From a virus (taxonomy: Duplodnaviria > Caudoviricetes), in the IMG/VR virus record IMGVR_UViG_3300011339_000451, positions 1 to 63,187 of that record: a stretch of DNA of 63,187 bases. One strand, 5' to 3'. Shown here in pieces: positions 15,775-24,965 of the stretch. How positions within the stretch are numbered: position 1 is the stretch's first letter; the number at the start of each line of letters is the position of its first letter. The notes beneath the pieces were generated by a model that saw nothing but the letters and a program-made list of their open reading frames with translations, was not told the DNA's origin and ran no database searches. Position numbers and translations under genes: made by a program.

Positions 15775-15938
15775 ACTGCCTCCAGTCGTTGCACAATTTT
15801 TAAGGCTGTCTCGTAGGTTTTCTTGTCGGCTTGCCACTGCTCGTCACTGATGCCGCCCTCGTGTTCTTCCACAAAATAGCGGGCAAGTTCTATCGCGTGT
15901 GCCAGTGCGTTTATCTGTGCTTTGGTTAATGTTTTCAT
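15771..15938 (-). CDS. Hypothetical protein (55 aa)
   Basis: Hand-translated MKTLTKAQINALAHAIE... Confidence 0.55.
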   Translation of the reverse strand: MKTLTKAQINALAHAIELARYFVEEHEGGISDEQWQADKKTYETALKIVQRLEAV

Positions 15939-15950
15939 TTAATTCCCCCT

Positions 15951-16118
15951 TCATGAGTAGATTTGTTCGTTGCCGTTTTCGTCTTGAATAAATGCGATCT
16001 GGTCAAAAAATTCATCACCTTCGAAAATTTCATCGCAACATTTTGCTTTTGCATCCTCGAATGAATCGGCCTCAATTTCGTAGGTTCGGTAAAAGCGTTC
16101 ATAAATTTTGTATTTCAT
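15951..16118 (-). CDS. Small acidic protein, DpnD/PcfM-like pattern
   Basis: Hand-translated MKYKIYERFYRTYEIEADSFEDA. Confidence 0.6.
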   Translation of the reverse strand: MKYKIYERFYRTYEIEADSFEDAKAKCCDEIFEGDEFFDQIAFIQDENGNEQIYS

Positions 16119-16291
16119 GCTGTTTGCTCCTGTGCTTTAACTGAATAAACGTCCCAGTCTCCAAAGCCTGAGTCTTTAAAGTCGCCACCGTCTAAATTAA
16201 TAGCGGCCTCCCATGCTTGCTCATCGCTTTCTGCTTCGACAAACGTATAGACGTAGGTTGTGTATTGCGCCATCACTTTGTAGGTTTTCAT
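16115..16291 (-). CDS. Small acidic protein, DpnD/PcfM-like pattern
   Basis: MKTYKVMAQYTTYVYTFVEAESDEQA; ends AQEQTA. Confidence 0.65.
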   Translation of the reverse strand: MKTYKVMAQYTTYVYTFVEAESDEQAWEAAINLDGGDFKDSGFGDWDVYSVKAQEQTA

Positions 16292-16446
16292 GCTGTCTGC
16301 TCCTGTGCTCTGAGTGCGTTGTTTATGGCTATGTTCAGCACTTGGTACGTGCCGATTGATTTGTAGCACTCAGGGTAGTCGTTAAAAAGTGCCAGTGCTT
16401 CCAAGCAGGCATCAAATAATTGTTCGTTGATTTGCTCGGGTGTCAT
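16288..16446 (-). CDS. Hypothetical protein
   Basis: MTPEQINEQL...; ends AQEQTA. Confidence 0.6.
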   Translation of the reverse strand: MTPEQINEQLFDACLEALALFNDYPECYKSIGTYQVLNIAINNALRAQEQTA

Positions 16447-16742
16447 GCTGTCTGCTCTTGTGCTCTGAGGTATGCGCGGACAATGGCCATGCCATCGGCT
16501 GAAATTGACCATTCGTTGGCGTTGCCACCATCCAAGCAAAGGCCACGATTCTCGCCCTCCAGTAGTGTGCTGACGTAGTAGCGGCTGACAAACTGGCCGC
16601 GACCCATGCTGTCGGCGTGGTCATATCGGCGGTCATAAAATTCGACCATCGGTTGATCTTCGTCATGCGTCAAGCAGTCGGCGCGGCCATAGCGGTCGCC
16701 CTTGTTGACGATTCTCACGTTAAATTTTTCAAGTTGTAGCAT
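16443..16742 (-). CDS. Hypothetical phage protein
   Basis: 99 aa, GQFVSRYY; ends AQEQTA. Confidence 0.75.
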   Translation of the reverse strand: MLQLEKFNVRIVNKGDRYGRADCLTHDEDQPMVEFYDRRYDHADSMGRGQFVSRYYVSTLLEGENRGLCLDGGNANEWSISADGMAIVRAYLRAQEQTA

Positions 16743-16811
16743 TGCGTTTTCTCCTGTGTGTGGACTATTCCACCCAAAGCCCCGACCCGCGAGGCTTCAG
16801 GTGTGACAGTC

Positions 16812-16979
16812 TCAATATTCTTCGGCGTAATCCTCCAGTGTGGTTATCAAGCCGTCAAAATCTTCACTCGGGCCGAGCACGCCAGCCAGTGCGAAAACGA
16901 TGGTGCGGTCGTATTCTTCGCAGAGGCTCTCAAGGTAAGCCCTGCGGTTTGCGAATCCGTTTGCTTGGTAGTCGTTCAT
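16812..16979 (-). CDS. Hypothetical protein (55 aa)
   Basis: Hand-translated MNDYQANGFANRRAYLESL...EDFDGL. Confidence 0.6.
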   Translation of the reverse strand: MNDYQANGFANRRAYLESLCEEYDRTIVFALAGVLGPSEDFDGLITTLEDYAEEY

Positions 16980-17206
16980 TTTGTTTGCTCCTGTGTGTTA
17001 ACCCATGCTTGTGCTTCGGCCTGTGTTTTCCATGGTGCGCGGCCAATGCCCACGGCTTCGGTTTTGTTGTTGCGTACAGTAAAACCGACAATTTCCAGCG
17101 TCCATGCCTCGCGGTCGCCATCGTTGAGGTACGGCACTGCACCATAAAGTGAGGCGGTGCGTCCGTCCGTGTGTTTCCAGCGTTTAGATTCAATCACTTC
17201 GTACAT
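16976..17206 (-). CDS. Hypothetical protein
   Basis: AGGAG RBS, coupled. Confidence 0.7.
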   Translation of the reverse strand: MYEVIESKRWKHTDGRTASLYGAVPYLNDGDREAWTLEIVGFTVRNNKTEAVGIGRAPWKTQAEAQAWVNTQEQTK

Positions 17207-17238
17207 TGTTTGCTCTCCTGTGTGTTGTGTGAATGGTC

Positions 17239-17267
17239 TATCTATCAGGTATATTTTTGCCTGTCAA
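17239..17267 (-). promoter_or_regulatory. Sigma70-like promoter
   Basis: TTGACA-N17-TAGATA on the minus strand, intergenic. Confidence 0.5.
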
Positions 17268-17290
17268 GCGTTTTTTGCCTGTGCGTGCTC

Positions 17291-17470
17291 TTATCGTGCG
17301 CGGCCTTCTGCGCGGCCAGCGTCCCAGAGTCGGAGAATCTCGGCCTTGTGTTCTGGGTAGCGGCTGATGGCCGTCTTTAGCCATTCGTGCAACTGTCGCG
17401 CGGCGTTGTAGTTGGGTGAGCGTTCGTAACTGTACCCTTTGCGGATAATCTGGGCTTCTGTGTAGATCAT
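17291..17470 (-). CDS. Hypothetical protein (59 aa)
   Basis: Hand-translated MIYTEAQIIRKGYSYER... Confidence 0.55.
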   Translation of the reverse strand: MIYTEAQIIRKGYSYERSPNYNAARQLHEWLKTAISRYPEHKAEILRLWDAGRAEGRAR

Positions 17471-17763
17471 GCTTCGGCCTTCTCAATGGCGGCTCGGATT
17501 GTGCGTAGGGCTTTGGCCACTGCTCCGGCCTTGTAAATGTTGCTCTCTTCGTGATCTTCCACAAATGGAAGGGCTGTGCATAGGGCTTCGAGTAGGTCGG
17601 GCGCGGCTGAGATTAGGCGGGCGTTTGCTTCGCCCATGGGCGAGGGGTTGCAAACTGTAAACCCGTCAGCGTCAACGATGGCGCGGTAGCCTATGCTGTG
17701 GCCGTCCAAGTTATCAACGATTGCCCAAGGCGTTGCGGCTGGTGCGTGTACTGGGTGAGTCAT
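17467..17763 (-). CDS. Phage protein with ANARLI-AAPDLL motif
   Basis: TPW...EANARLISAAPDLLEAL. Confidence 0.75.
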   Translation of the reverse strand: MTHPVHAPAATPWAIVDNLDGHSIGYRAIVDADGFTVCNPSPMGEANARLISAAPDLLEALCTALPFVEDHEESNIYKAGAVAKALRTIRAAIEKAEA

Positions 17764-18125
17764 GCTGTAATCTCCCTGAATTGTTGGACTGTCATATTTT
17801 TTGCGTAGTAGTCCTCGCCGGATTGCCTGAAACAAGCGTGCACGGCGTGGCCGTTTTCATTGTGGCGCAGTGCTTCACCCACCAAAAATGCGCGGCCATT
17901 ATGTGCGCGGGGTGGTAGCACTTCCAACATTTCCCAGAACATTTTTTCTGTGGTGGGTGTCCAGTCGTTGGGGTTTGCTTCCATTGCATCCCAGAGGGCT
18001 TGCCATTCGAGCGGCTTTGCCAATAATTGGCCGCCGCATCGGGGGCAGTTGTTGGTATGCTCGCCGATAAGCCCTCCAATGTTGGTCACTTCTTCGCAGT
18101 GTGGGCAGGTTACAAAATCGGTCAT
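17760..18125 (-). CDS. Hypothetical protein with N-terminal zinc ribbon
   Basis: CPHC...CPRC; MLEVLPP. Confidence 0.7.
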   Translation of the reverse strand: MTDFVTCPHCEEVTNIGGLIGEHTNNCPRCGGQLLAKPLEWQALWDAMEANPNDWTPTTEKMFWEMLEVLPPRAHNGRAFLVGEALRHNENGHAVHACFRQSGEDYYAKNMTVQQFREITA

Positions 18126-18397
18126 GCTGTCACCTCTTGTTTGTTGGTCAATTCGTTTATGCGGTCGCAAAGCTGGTGCAAGTTGTAGCACTGGAAAACG
18201 ATTCCGCCGCCATAACTTTTATTGTGGTATTTGCGCCCGCCGATTGTGTTCGCCAGTCTGCACGCGATAGCGTAGCGGTCGGACAATCCAATGTTGGACT
18301 GGTAGCCGTGAACGTCTAAGTTCAGGAAGTGGCAAACATAGCGGGGGTTGCCGTTTACATCGTTTTTAATGCGGGTAAAGTCGTTTGGGGTAATCAT
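18122..18397 (-). CDS. Hypothetical phage protein
   Basis: NDVNGNPRYV...YGGGIVF; AAGGAG RBS. Confidence 0.75.
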   Translation of the reverse strand: MITPNDFTRIKNDVNGNPRYVCHFLNLDVHGYQSNIGLSDRYAIACRLANTIGGRKYHNKSYGGGIVFQCYNLHQLCDRINELTNKQEVTA

Positions 18398-18409
18398 GGT
18401 GTTTGCTCC

Positions 18410-18664
18410 TTAGATAAAAGTCAGGGTGAGGGTGGCGCAGTCAGCGTGAAGGTCGCAGACCTCACAACGTGCGAAGTTGTCGCCGTGGTCGATAACGTCC
18501 CAAATGCCGACCTTTTTAGCTTTGTAGTGGTAATGCGTTGGTAGGTCTTGCTCGAAGGCGCGAAGCTGGGCGCAGTCCTCATCGGTTAAGCCTGAGTCAT
18601 CGCCGTTGATAATCGCGCCCACAAAATGAGTCGCCATCGTGAAAGTGTAAATTTCCGGTGTCAT
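18410..18664 (-). CDS. Hypothetical protein
   Basis: AIINGDDSGL; AAGGAG RBS. Confidence 0.7.
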   Translation of the reverse strand: MTPEIYTFTMATHFVGAIINGDDSGLTDEDCAQLRAFEQDLPTHYHYKAKKVGIWDVIDHGDNFARCEVCDLHADCATLTLTFI

Positions 18665-18676
18665 GGTGTCTGCTCC

Positions 18677-18862
18677 TTAGATGGCGAATTCTTCGCGTGC
18701 TTGCTCAATGATGTAACCCAGTTTCTGGGCTTCGCGGATGGTTGCCAGTGTTAGCGTCTTGGTGCCTGCGATGCGGGCAAAAGCGCGAGCGGTATCGTCT
18801 GCGGGGTAGTAGGTTTTGACCCCGTAAACGTCACGGGCGCGAACGGTCAGCGTCTGTTGCAT
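18677..18862 (-). CDS. Hypothetical protein
   Basis: DVYG...IAGTKTLT; AAGGAG RBS. Confidence 0.7.
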   Translation of the reverse strand: MQQTLTVRARDVYGVKTYYPADDTARAFARIAGTKTLTLATIREAQKLGYIIEQAREEFAI

Positions 18863-18901
18863 GGTGGTTTCTCCTTGGTAAGCCCCCGAGGGGGCATCGG
18901 T

Positions 18902-19081
18902 TCAGTTGAATAATTTTTCTTCAATGATTTGCGGGGCTACGTGCTTTGCATCTTTGAGCGAGTCAACCGCCCAGCCTGTGAAGGCTTCGCCCTCGCGGTC
19001 GAAAAACAATTCATAGACTTGCGCGGATTGGTCGAACTGCGCCCAAATTTCAACGGCTGATTTTTTGGCAATTAGTAGCAT
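18902..19081 (-). CDS. Hypothetical protein
   Basis: AAGGAG RBS before ATG 19081. Confidence 0.65.
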   Translation of the reverse strand: MLLIAKKSAVEIWAQFDQSAQVYELFFDREGEAFTGWAVDSLKDAKHVAPQIIEEKLFN

Positions 19082-19094
19082 GATGGTTTCTCCT

Positions 19095-19292
19095 TTAAGC
19101 TGTTTGAGTGTTGCAAATGTTGCGGCAGGCTTCGCCCAAGTCCCATTCTTCGGCGATGAGTTCAAGCAGGCATTGGCCGTAGCTTGCACCTGTTGCGCGG
19201 TGAGCGGCTCGAATGATGAGGATTTCATCCGAGCAAAGCCCGAGGGCTTTAGGGTTGCTTGCGATGGTGCGGCTTAGTTCGTAGGTGTTCAT
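19095..19292 (-). CDS. Hypothetical protein
   Basis: AAGGAG RBS before ATG 19292. Confidence 0.6.
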   Translation of the reverse strand: MNTYELSRTIASNPKALGLCSDEILIIRAAHRATGASYGQCLLELIAEEWDLGEACRNICNTQTA

Positions 19293-19305
19293 GGTGGTTG
19301 CTCCT

Positions 19306-19560
19306 TTACTCGAAAATTTCGTCAATGTTGATGCCTGCTTCGCGGAGAGCTTTAATCACGGCCTTGGGAAGTGTGAAGCCCCCGTCATAGTCGGTAAGGT
19401 CTAAGCGGCCATCGGTCAGGCGTTCAAACCATAAGCCGCCTCCCTCCATGCCGTCTTTGTGATCCCATGCGCCGTACAGTGCGCCCTCGTCAATCTGTAC
19501 ATTGCCAAATTCTGGTGAGTTGCCCCATGGGTGCAGAGTGATTGTGAAGTTGTAGCTCAT
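19306..19560 (-). CDS. Hypothetical protein, first gene of the leftward block
   Basis: EGGGLWF...DYDG; AGGAG RBS. Confidence 0.7.
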   Translation of the reverse strand: MSYNFTITLHPWGNSPEFGNVQIDEGALYGAWDHKDGMEGGGLWFERLTDGRLDLTDYDGGFTLPKAVIKALREAGINIDEIFE

Positions 19561-19655
19561 TGGTTGCTCTCCTAAGGTTGGTCACTGGTCAATCAGTGAG
19601 CCCCGACAATATCACACTTTTCTGCGATTTATTGCACTTAATCAATTATTTTCAT

Positions 19656-19695
19656 TAGGGGAAACCCTTAGATGTCCTGCAACGTTGCAACACAT
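19656..19695. promoter_or_regulatory. Composite palindromic site, also at 20960-20994 and 61735-61773
   Basis: AGGGGAAACCCT next to ATGTCCTGCAACGTTGCAACACAT, in a divergent intergenic region. Confidence 0.55.
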
Positions 19696-19767
19696 TGGCC
19701 AGAACGGGCGCGGGTTTATTGCCGAAGGCTTGCAGTTTTCTATGTTGTTACCCTAGAATCACAACCC

Positions 19768-20484
19768 ATGAAACTAACCAGAGCACAAATCAAACAGGGG
19801 ATAGAACAAATCCCCATGAGTACCATACTTGGCGTTTCCGATAAGGCGCTAACACACAAACAAAAAACATTTTGTAAAGAAGTCGCCATGGGTCAAACAG
19901 GTGCAGAAGCATACAGACGCGCATATAACAGTAAGGCAAAGCCAAAGTCAGTCGCGGTCGAGGCGAGTAAGCTAAGGGCAAAACCTAGCATTGCACAAAC
20001 CATTGAAGCCATGGAACAGGCAATTCAGGCTCAGGAATATCAAACCCCTGCGGCTTTGCGTGCTTTAGTCATTCAAACGTTGGTGCAAACAATGATTGAC
20101 CCAGAGGCGAAAGACTCGGTCAAAGTGGCCGCCGCTAAAACGTTGGGCACTGTCACAGAAGTGGCCGCATTTACTGAGCGGAAAGAGATACGCACGATCA
20201 AAAGCAGTGAGGACACCAAGACGCAATTAATGGCCAGACTGCGTGACATGATGAAAGCAAACGCGACCGATGCGGTGATGATTGAGACTGACTCGCTGAT
20301 GGCGGAGCTGAGTGGAAAAACGGAGGTGAGCGAACCCCACCCATCCCCGACCCCCACGCACACGCAGGAGGAGTCCCACTCACAGTTACATACTATTCCA
20401 CACAAAGCATCTGATAATTTATCGGATCAAGACGACCCCACCCCCTTCCCACAGGATGACCCCCCGGTAGGAGATGAAAAATGA
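19768..20484 (+). CDS. terS: Terminase small subunit
   Basis: LTHKQKTFC...AEAYRRAY...ASKL HTH pattern; upstream of TerL. Confidence 0.75.
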   Translation: MKLTRAQIKQGIEQIPMSTILGVSDKALTHKQKTFCKEVAMGQTGAEAYRRAYNSKAKPKSVAVEASKLRAKPSIAQTIEAMEQAIQAQEYQTPAALRALVIQTLVQTMIDPEAKDSVKVAAAKTLGTVTEVAAFTERKEIRTIKSSEDTKTQLMARLRDMMKANATDAVMIETDSLMAELSGKTEVSEPHPSPTPTHTQEESHSQLHTIPHKASDNLSDQDDPTPFPQDDPPVGDEK

Positions 20485-20789
20485 AATGGGGGGAGGTATA
20501 TATAAATCGGAAAATGGTAGCGCCCCGGGTGTTGCCAACGTTTGAGGAGTGTTGGAGTAAGGATATGACTAAGGTACAGAGGGAAGTATTTTTGATTGTG
20601 GATGAGTGGTGGAAGGAGTTTGGGTTTAGTCCATCTCTGAGGGATATTGCTTATCAACGTGGGACTACGTCCTTGGCCAATACGATGAAGATAGTGAATC
20701 GGTTATGTGAGTTGGGGGTTTTAAAGAAGCAGGCTGGTAAGGGACGTACTATTAGACCGGTATACATAAACTTTAGGACACTAGAATGA
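20481..20789 (+). CDS. LexA DNA-binding-domain-like winged-helix regulator
   Basis: MTKVQREVF...GFSPSLRDIA...VNRLCELGVL; no peptidase domain. Confidence 0.75.
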   Translation: MKWGEVYINRKMVAPRVLPTFEECWSKDMTKVQREVFLIVDEWWKEFGFSPSLRDIAYQRGTTSLANTMKIVNRLCELGVLKKQAGKGRTIRPVYINFRTLE

Positions 20790-20994
20790 AAAAGCTACAC
20801 ATCAAAAATCAAATTACATGTCCACCATGGCTGGCGTATGTTTACCTTTTCTGCGGGATTTTGGGTTTGGTAAACGTTGCGATGTGGCTAATAAAATAAA
20901 AAACGTCGCTCCGCAGGCTGGTTTCTAAGAAACTAAAGTATTCAATTCTCATCAAAAGGCTGCAACGTTGCAGGACACATAGGTATAAACCCTA

Positions 20995-22488
20995 ATGAAT
21001 GAAATAGATAAGTTGCTAGAGAACCTACCTGTTGCAGAGCAGGAGGTATTGCTGGCTGAGTTGGAGGAATATAGGCGGGCGTTGGATCGGGAGACGGCGC
21101 AGGCTTCGTTTATTTCTTATATCAAGATGATGTGGCCGGGGTTTGTGGCTGGGAGACATCACGCGATCATGGCCAAGAAGTTTGAGGACATAGCTTCTGG
21201 GAAGTTGAAGCGGTTGATTATTAATATGCCGCCTCGTCATACTAAGTCTGAGTTTGCTTCTTATCTGTTGCCGTCGTGGTTTTTGGGGAAGTTTCCTAAT
21301 AAGAAGATCATCCAGTGTTCGAACACCGCTGACCTTGCTGTTGGTTTTGGCCGGAAGGTGAGGAACCTTGTAGACAGTGAACAGTACGCCAACGTTTTTC
21401 CTGATGTGGCTTTGAGGCAGGATAGTAAGGCCGCTGGTCGGTGGGCGACTAATCAGAACGGGGAGTACTTCGCTATTGGTGTGGGCGGTACGGTTACGGG
21501 TAAGGGTGCGGATCTTTTAATTATTGACGATCCCCATTCTGAACAGGAGGCGGCTTTAGCTTCTGGGGATCCTACGGTTTTTGATAGAGTTTATGAGTGG
21601 TATACATCTGGCCCTCGTCAGCGTTTACAGCCGGGTGGATCTATTGTGATAGTGATGACACGGTGGGCGGAGAAGGATCTGACTGGCCGTGTGATGAAAG
21701 ACGCCGCGATGCGGGACTCTTTGGATGAATGGGAGATCATTGAGTTTCCCGCTATTCTTCCTAGTGGGAACCCACTATGGCCTGAGTTTTGGTCGTTTAA
21801 GGAATTGTCGGCTCTACGTGAAGAGCTTCCCCCGATTAAATGGAACGCCCAGTATCAGCAGGCTCCGACTGGTGAGGAAGGTGCGCTAGTAAAGAGGGAG
21901 TGGTGGAAGGTTTGGAAACCTGAGAGGCCGCCGCAGTGTGAATTTATTATCCAGAGTTGGGATACGGCGTTTACTAAGAACGAGCGGTCAGACTATTCGG
22001 CTTGTACGACTTGGGGTGTTTTTCATTTGAACGATGATCCTAATGATATTAATGTGATTCTATTAGATGCGTTCCAGAAACGGATGGAGTTTCCTGAGTT
22101 GAAGGAGAAGGCGCTGAGTCACTATAAGGAGTGGGAGCCGGATGCTTGTATTATTGAAGCGAAGGCGGCTGGTGCGCCGCTCATCTTTGAGTTGAGGGCG
22201 ATGGGTGTGATGGTGCAGGACTACACGCCGGTGAGGGGGAATGACAAGTTTGTTCGCTTAAATTCGGTGACTGATTTATTCAGTAGTGGTAAAGTGTGGG
22301 CACCTGAAACTAGGTGGGCGAGCGAGGTCATTGAACAGATGGCGGCTTTCCCTAATGGGGATCACGATGACTTGGTTGACTCCAGCACCCAAGCGTTGAT
22401 GCGATTTAGACAGGGGGGTTTCTTGCGTCTTGATTCTGATGAGCGCGAGGAGCTACAGAGTTTCCGCAGGAAGCATAGTTACTATTAA
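20995..22488 (+). CDS. terL: Terminase large subunit
   Basis: MPPRHTKS, LLIIDDP, MTRW, SWDTA, HDDLVD. Confidence 0.95.
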   Translation: MNEIDKLLENLPVAEQEVLLAELEEYRRALDRETAQASFISYIKMMWPGFVAGRHHAIMAKKFEDIASGKLKRLIINMPPRHTKSEFASYLLPSWFLGKFPNKKIIQCSNTADLAVGFGRKVRNLVDSEQYANVFPDVALRQDSKAAGRWATNQNGEYFAIGVGGTVTGKGADLLIIDDPHSEQEAALASGDPTVFDRVYEWYTSGPRQRLQPGGSIVIVMTRWAEKDLTGRVMKDAAMRDSLDEWEIIEFPAILPSGNPLWPEFWSFKELSALREELPPIKWNAQYQQAPTGEEGALVKREWWKVWKPERPPQCEFIIQSWDTAFTKNERSDYSACTTWGVFHLNDDPNDINVILLDAFQKRMEFPELKEKALSHYKEWEPDACIIEAKAAGAPLIFELRAMGVMVQDYTPVRGNDKFVRLNSVTDLFSSGKVWAPETRWASEVIEQMAAFPNGDHDDLVDSSTQALMRFRQGGFLRLDSDEREELQSFRRKHSYY

Positions 22489-22496
22489 GGCCAAAC

Positions 22497-24965
22497 ATGA
22501 GTATCGAGCAATCACTTAGCCAAGCACCGATGGGTTTGCAGGGTGTTGAATTAGACGAAACCCCAGCCATTGAAATTGAAATTGAAAACCCTGAAGGTGT
22601 TCGTGTGGGCATTGATGGGATGGAAATTGACCTGATGCCGGAAGAACCGGAAGGCGAGTTTGATGAAAACTTGGCCGAGGTAATGAGTGAAGGCGACTTA
22701 CAGAAGTTGGCCAGCGACTTGGTTGAGATGGTTGACACCGACATTAACTCCCGCAAAGACTGGGTGGAAATGTATGTCAAGGGTCTGGACGTACTGGGGA
22801 TGAAGTACGAAGAAAGAACGGAACCTTGGCTTGGTGCCTGCGGTGTTTTTTCTACAGTACTTACAGAGGCCGCTGTTCGTTTCCAGAGTGAAACTATTAT
22901 TGAGACTTTTCCAGCGCAAGGCCCAGTCAAGACGGAAATTATTGGGGCTATTGATAAGCTTAAAGAGCAGGCGGCGGAGAGAGTTCGTGATGACATGAAC
23001 TATCAGTTGACCGAAGTGATGACGGAGTACCGTCCAGAGCATGAAAGAATGCTTTACTCACTTGGTTTAGCTGGCGCGGCGTTCAAGAAGGTCTACTTTG
23101 ACCCAAGTTTGAACCGTCAGATTGCTGTTTTCATCCCAGCAGAAGACATCATCATCCCTTACGGCGCTTCTAGCCTTAAAAATTCTGAGCGTGTTACGCA
23201 CATCATGCGTAAAACCAAGAATGAAATCCGCAAATTGCAGGTTTCTGGCTTTTATGTGGACGTAGAACTGGGCGAGCCACAGAATATTCACACGGATGTG
23301 GAGAAAAAGAAGGCGGAAGATCAAGGTTATAGCCTGACGGACGATGATCGCTACCAAATTTTGGAGATTCATGCCGACTATGACCTGCCCGGCTTTGAAG
23401 ATGAAGATGGAATTGCGCTTCCTTACGTCATTACGATTGATCGCGGCACAAATAAAGTGTTGGCCGTGCGTAGAAACTGGAATCCAGACGACCAGCAAAA
23501 GTTAAAGCGCGACCACTTTGTCCAATACACCTACGTTCCCGGTTTCGGCGCGTATGGTTTAGGTTTGATTCACCTGATTGGTGGTTATGCCCGTGCAGGT
23601 ACGTCACTTATTCGCCAGTTGGTGGATGCCGGTACGTTGTCTAATTTGCCCGGCGGCTTGAAAGCTCGTGGCTTGAGAATTAAAGGTGATGACACACCAA
23701 TTCAGCCCGGAGAATTCCGTGATGTTGACGTTCCTAGCGGAGCGGTGCGCGATAACATCATGCCGCTTCCATATAAAGAGCCATCTCAGGTTCTGCTTGC
23801 GCTGTTAAACCAGATTACTGACGAAGGCCGTCGCCTTGGCTCGATTGCTGACATGAACATCAGTGATATGTCGGCCAATGCACCAGTCGGTACAACGTTG
23901 GCTCTGCTTGAACGACAGTTGAAAACGATGTCTGCGGTGCAGGCGCGTATTCACTACTCAATGCGTCAAGAGTTTAAGTTGTTGCGTGACATCATTCGTG
24001 ATTACACGCCAGAAGACTACAGCTTTGACCCAGTTGAAGGTGATCGTAAGGCTAAGCAAGCTGACTACGATATGGTGTCAGTTATTCCGGTGTCTGATCC
24101 TAACTCTGCAACGATGGCTCAGCGCATCATGCAGTATCAGGCGGTCATTCAGTTGGCTCAAGGCGCGCCACAGATCTATGACTTGCCAGTGTTGCACCGT
24201 CAGATGATTGAAGTTTTAGGCATTAAGAATGCGGCGAAGTTAGTCCCAGTTGAAGACGACATGACGCCTCGCGACCCAGTGTCTGAGAACATGGCTTTCT
24301 TGACTGGTAAGCCAACTAAAGCGTTTATCTACCAAGACCACGATGCACACATTGCTACACATACTTCTATGTTGCAAGACCCAATGGTGATGGGGCAGAT
24401 TGGTCAAAACCCAATGGCCCAGCAGATGCAGGGTGCAATCATGGCTCACATTGCAGAGCACGTTGCATTCCAGTATCGCGTCCAGTTGGAGAAGCGTTTA
24501 GGTGCTACATTACCGGCTCCAAATACAGAGATGCCAGAGGAAGTAGAAGTGCAGTTGTCAAAGCTGGTTGCGCAAGCGGCCACACAGTTGACGCAGATCC
24601 ACCAAGGTGAAGCGGCGCAGAAACAGGCACAGCAACAAGCACAAGATCCTATTGTCCAGATGCAACAAGCTGAATTGCAAATTAAGCAACAGGAAACACA
24701 GATCAGAGCGCAGAAGGTGCAGGGCGAACTGCAACTTAAGGCGCAGGAATTGCAACTCAAGGCCCAAGAGATGCAAGCAAAAATGGGTGAAACACCTGAG
24801 ATGATTGCTCAACGTCATCAGCAGGAACTTGCACAACAGTTGCAACGTCACCAAATGGAGCTGGCGCAATCTCAACAGATTCATCAGCAGAAACTAAACC
24901 AAGCGGAAGAAGCGGCACAGGTCAAAGCGGCCTTGCAAATGTCGCGTTCGCAAAGGGGTGAGTAA
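22497..24965 (+). CDS. Portal protein
   Basis: 822 aa directly after TerL; Gln-rich C-terminal coiled coil as in P22-like portals. Confidence 0.85.
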   Translation: MSIEQSLSQAPMGLQGVELDETPAIEIEIENPEGVRVGIDGMEIDLMPEEPEGEFDENLAEVMSEGDLQKLASDLVEMVDTDINSRKDWVEMYVKGLDVLGMKYEERTEPWLGACGVFSTVLTEAAVRFQSETIIETFPAQGPVKTEIIGAIDKLKEQAAERVRDDMNYQLTEVMTEYRPEHERMLYSLGLAGAAFKKVYFDPSLNRQIAVFIPAEDIIIPYGASSLKNSERVTHIMRKTKNEIRKLQVSGFYVDVELGEPQNIHTDVEKKKAEDQGYSLTDDDRYQILEIHADYDLPGFEDEDGIALPYVITIDRGTNKVLAVRRNWNPDDQQKLKRDHFVQYTYVPGFGAYGLGLIHLIGGYARAGTSLIRQLVDAGTLSNLPGGLKARGLRIKGDDTPIQPGEFRDVDVPSGAVRDNIMPLPYKEPSQVLLALLNQITDEGRRLGSIADMNISDMSANAPVGTTLALLERQLKTMSAVQARIHYSMRQEFKLLRDIIRDYTPEDYSFDPVEGDRKAKQADYDMVSVIPVSDPNSATMAQRIMQYQAVIQLAQGAPQIYDLPVLHRQMIEVLGIKNAAKLVPVEDDMTPRDPVSENMAFLTGKPTKAFIYQDHDAHIATHTSMLQDPMVMGQIGQNPMAQQMQGAIMAHIAEHVAFQYRVQLEKRLGATLPAPNTEMPEEVEVQLSKLVAQAATQLTQIHQGEAAQKQAQQQAQDPIVQMQQAELQIKQQETQIRAQKVQGELQLKAQELQLKAQEMQAKMGETPEMIAQRHQQELAQQLQRHQMELAQSQQIHQQKLNQAEEAAQVKAALQMSRSQRGE

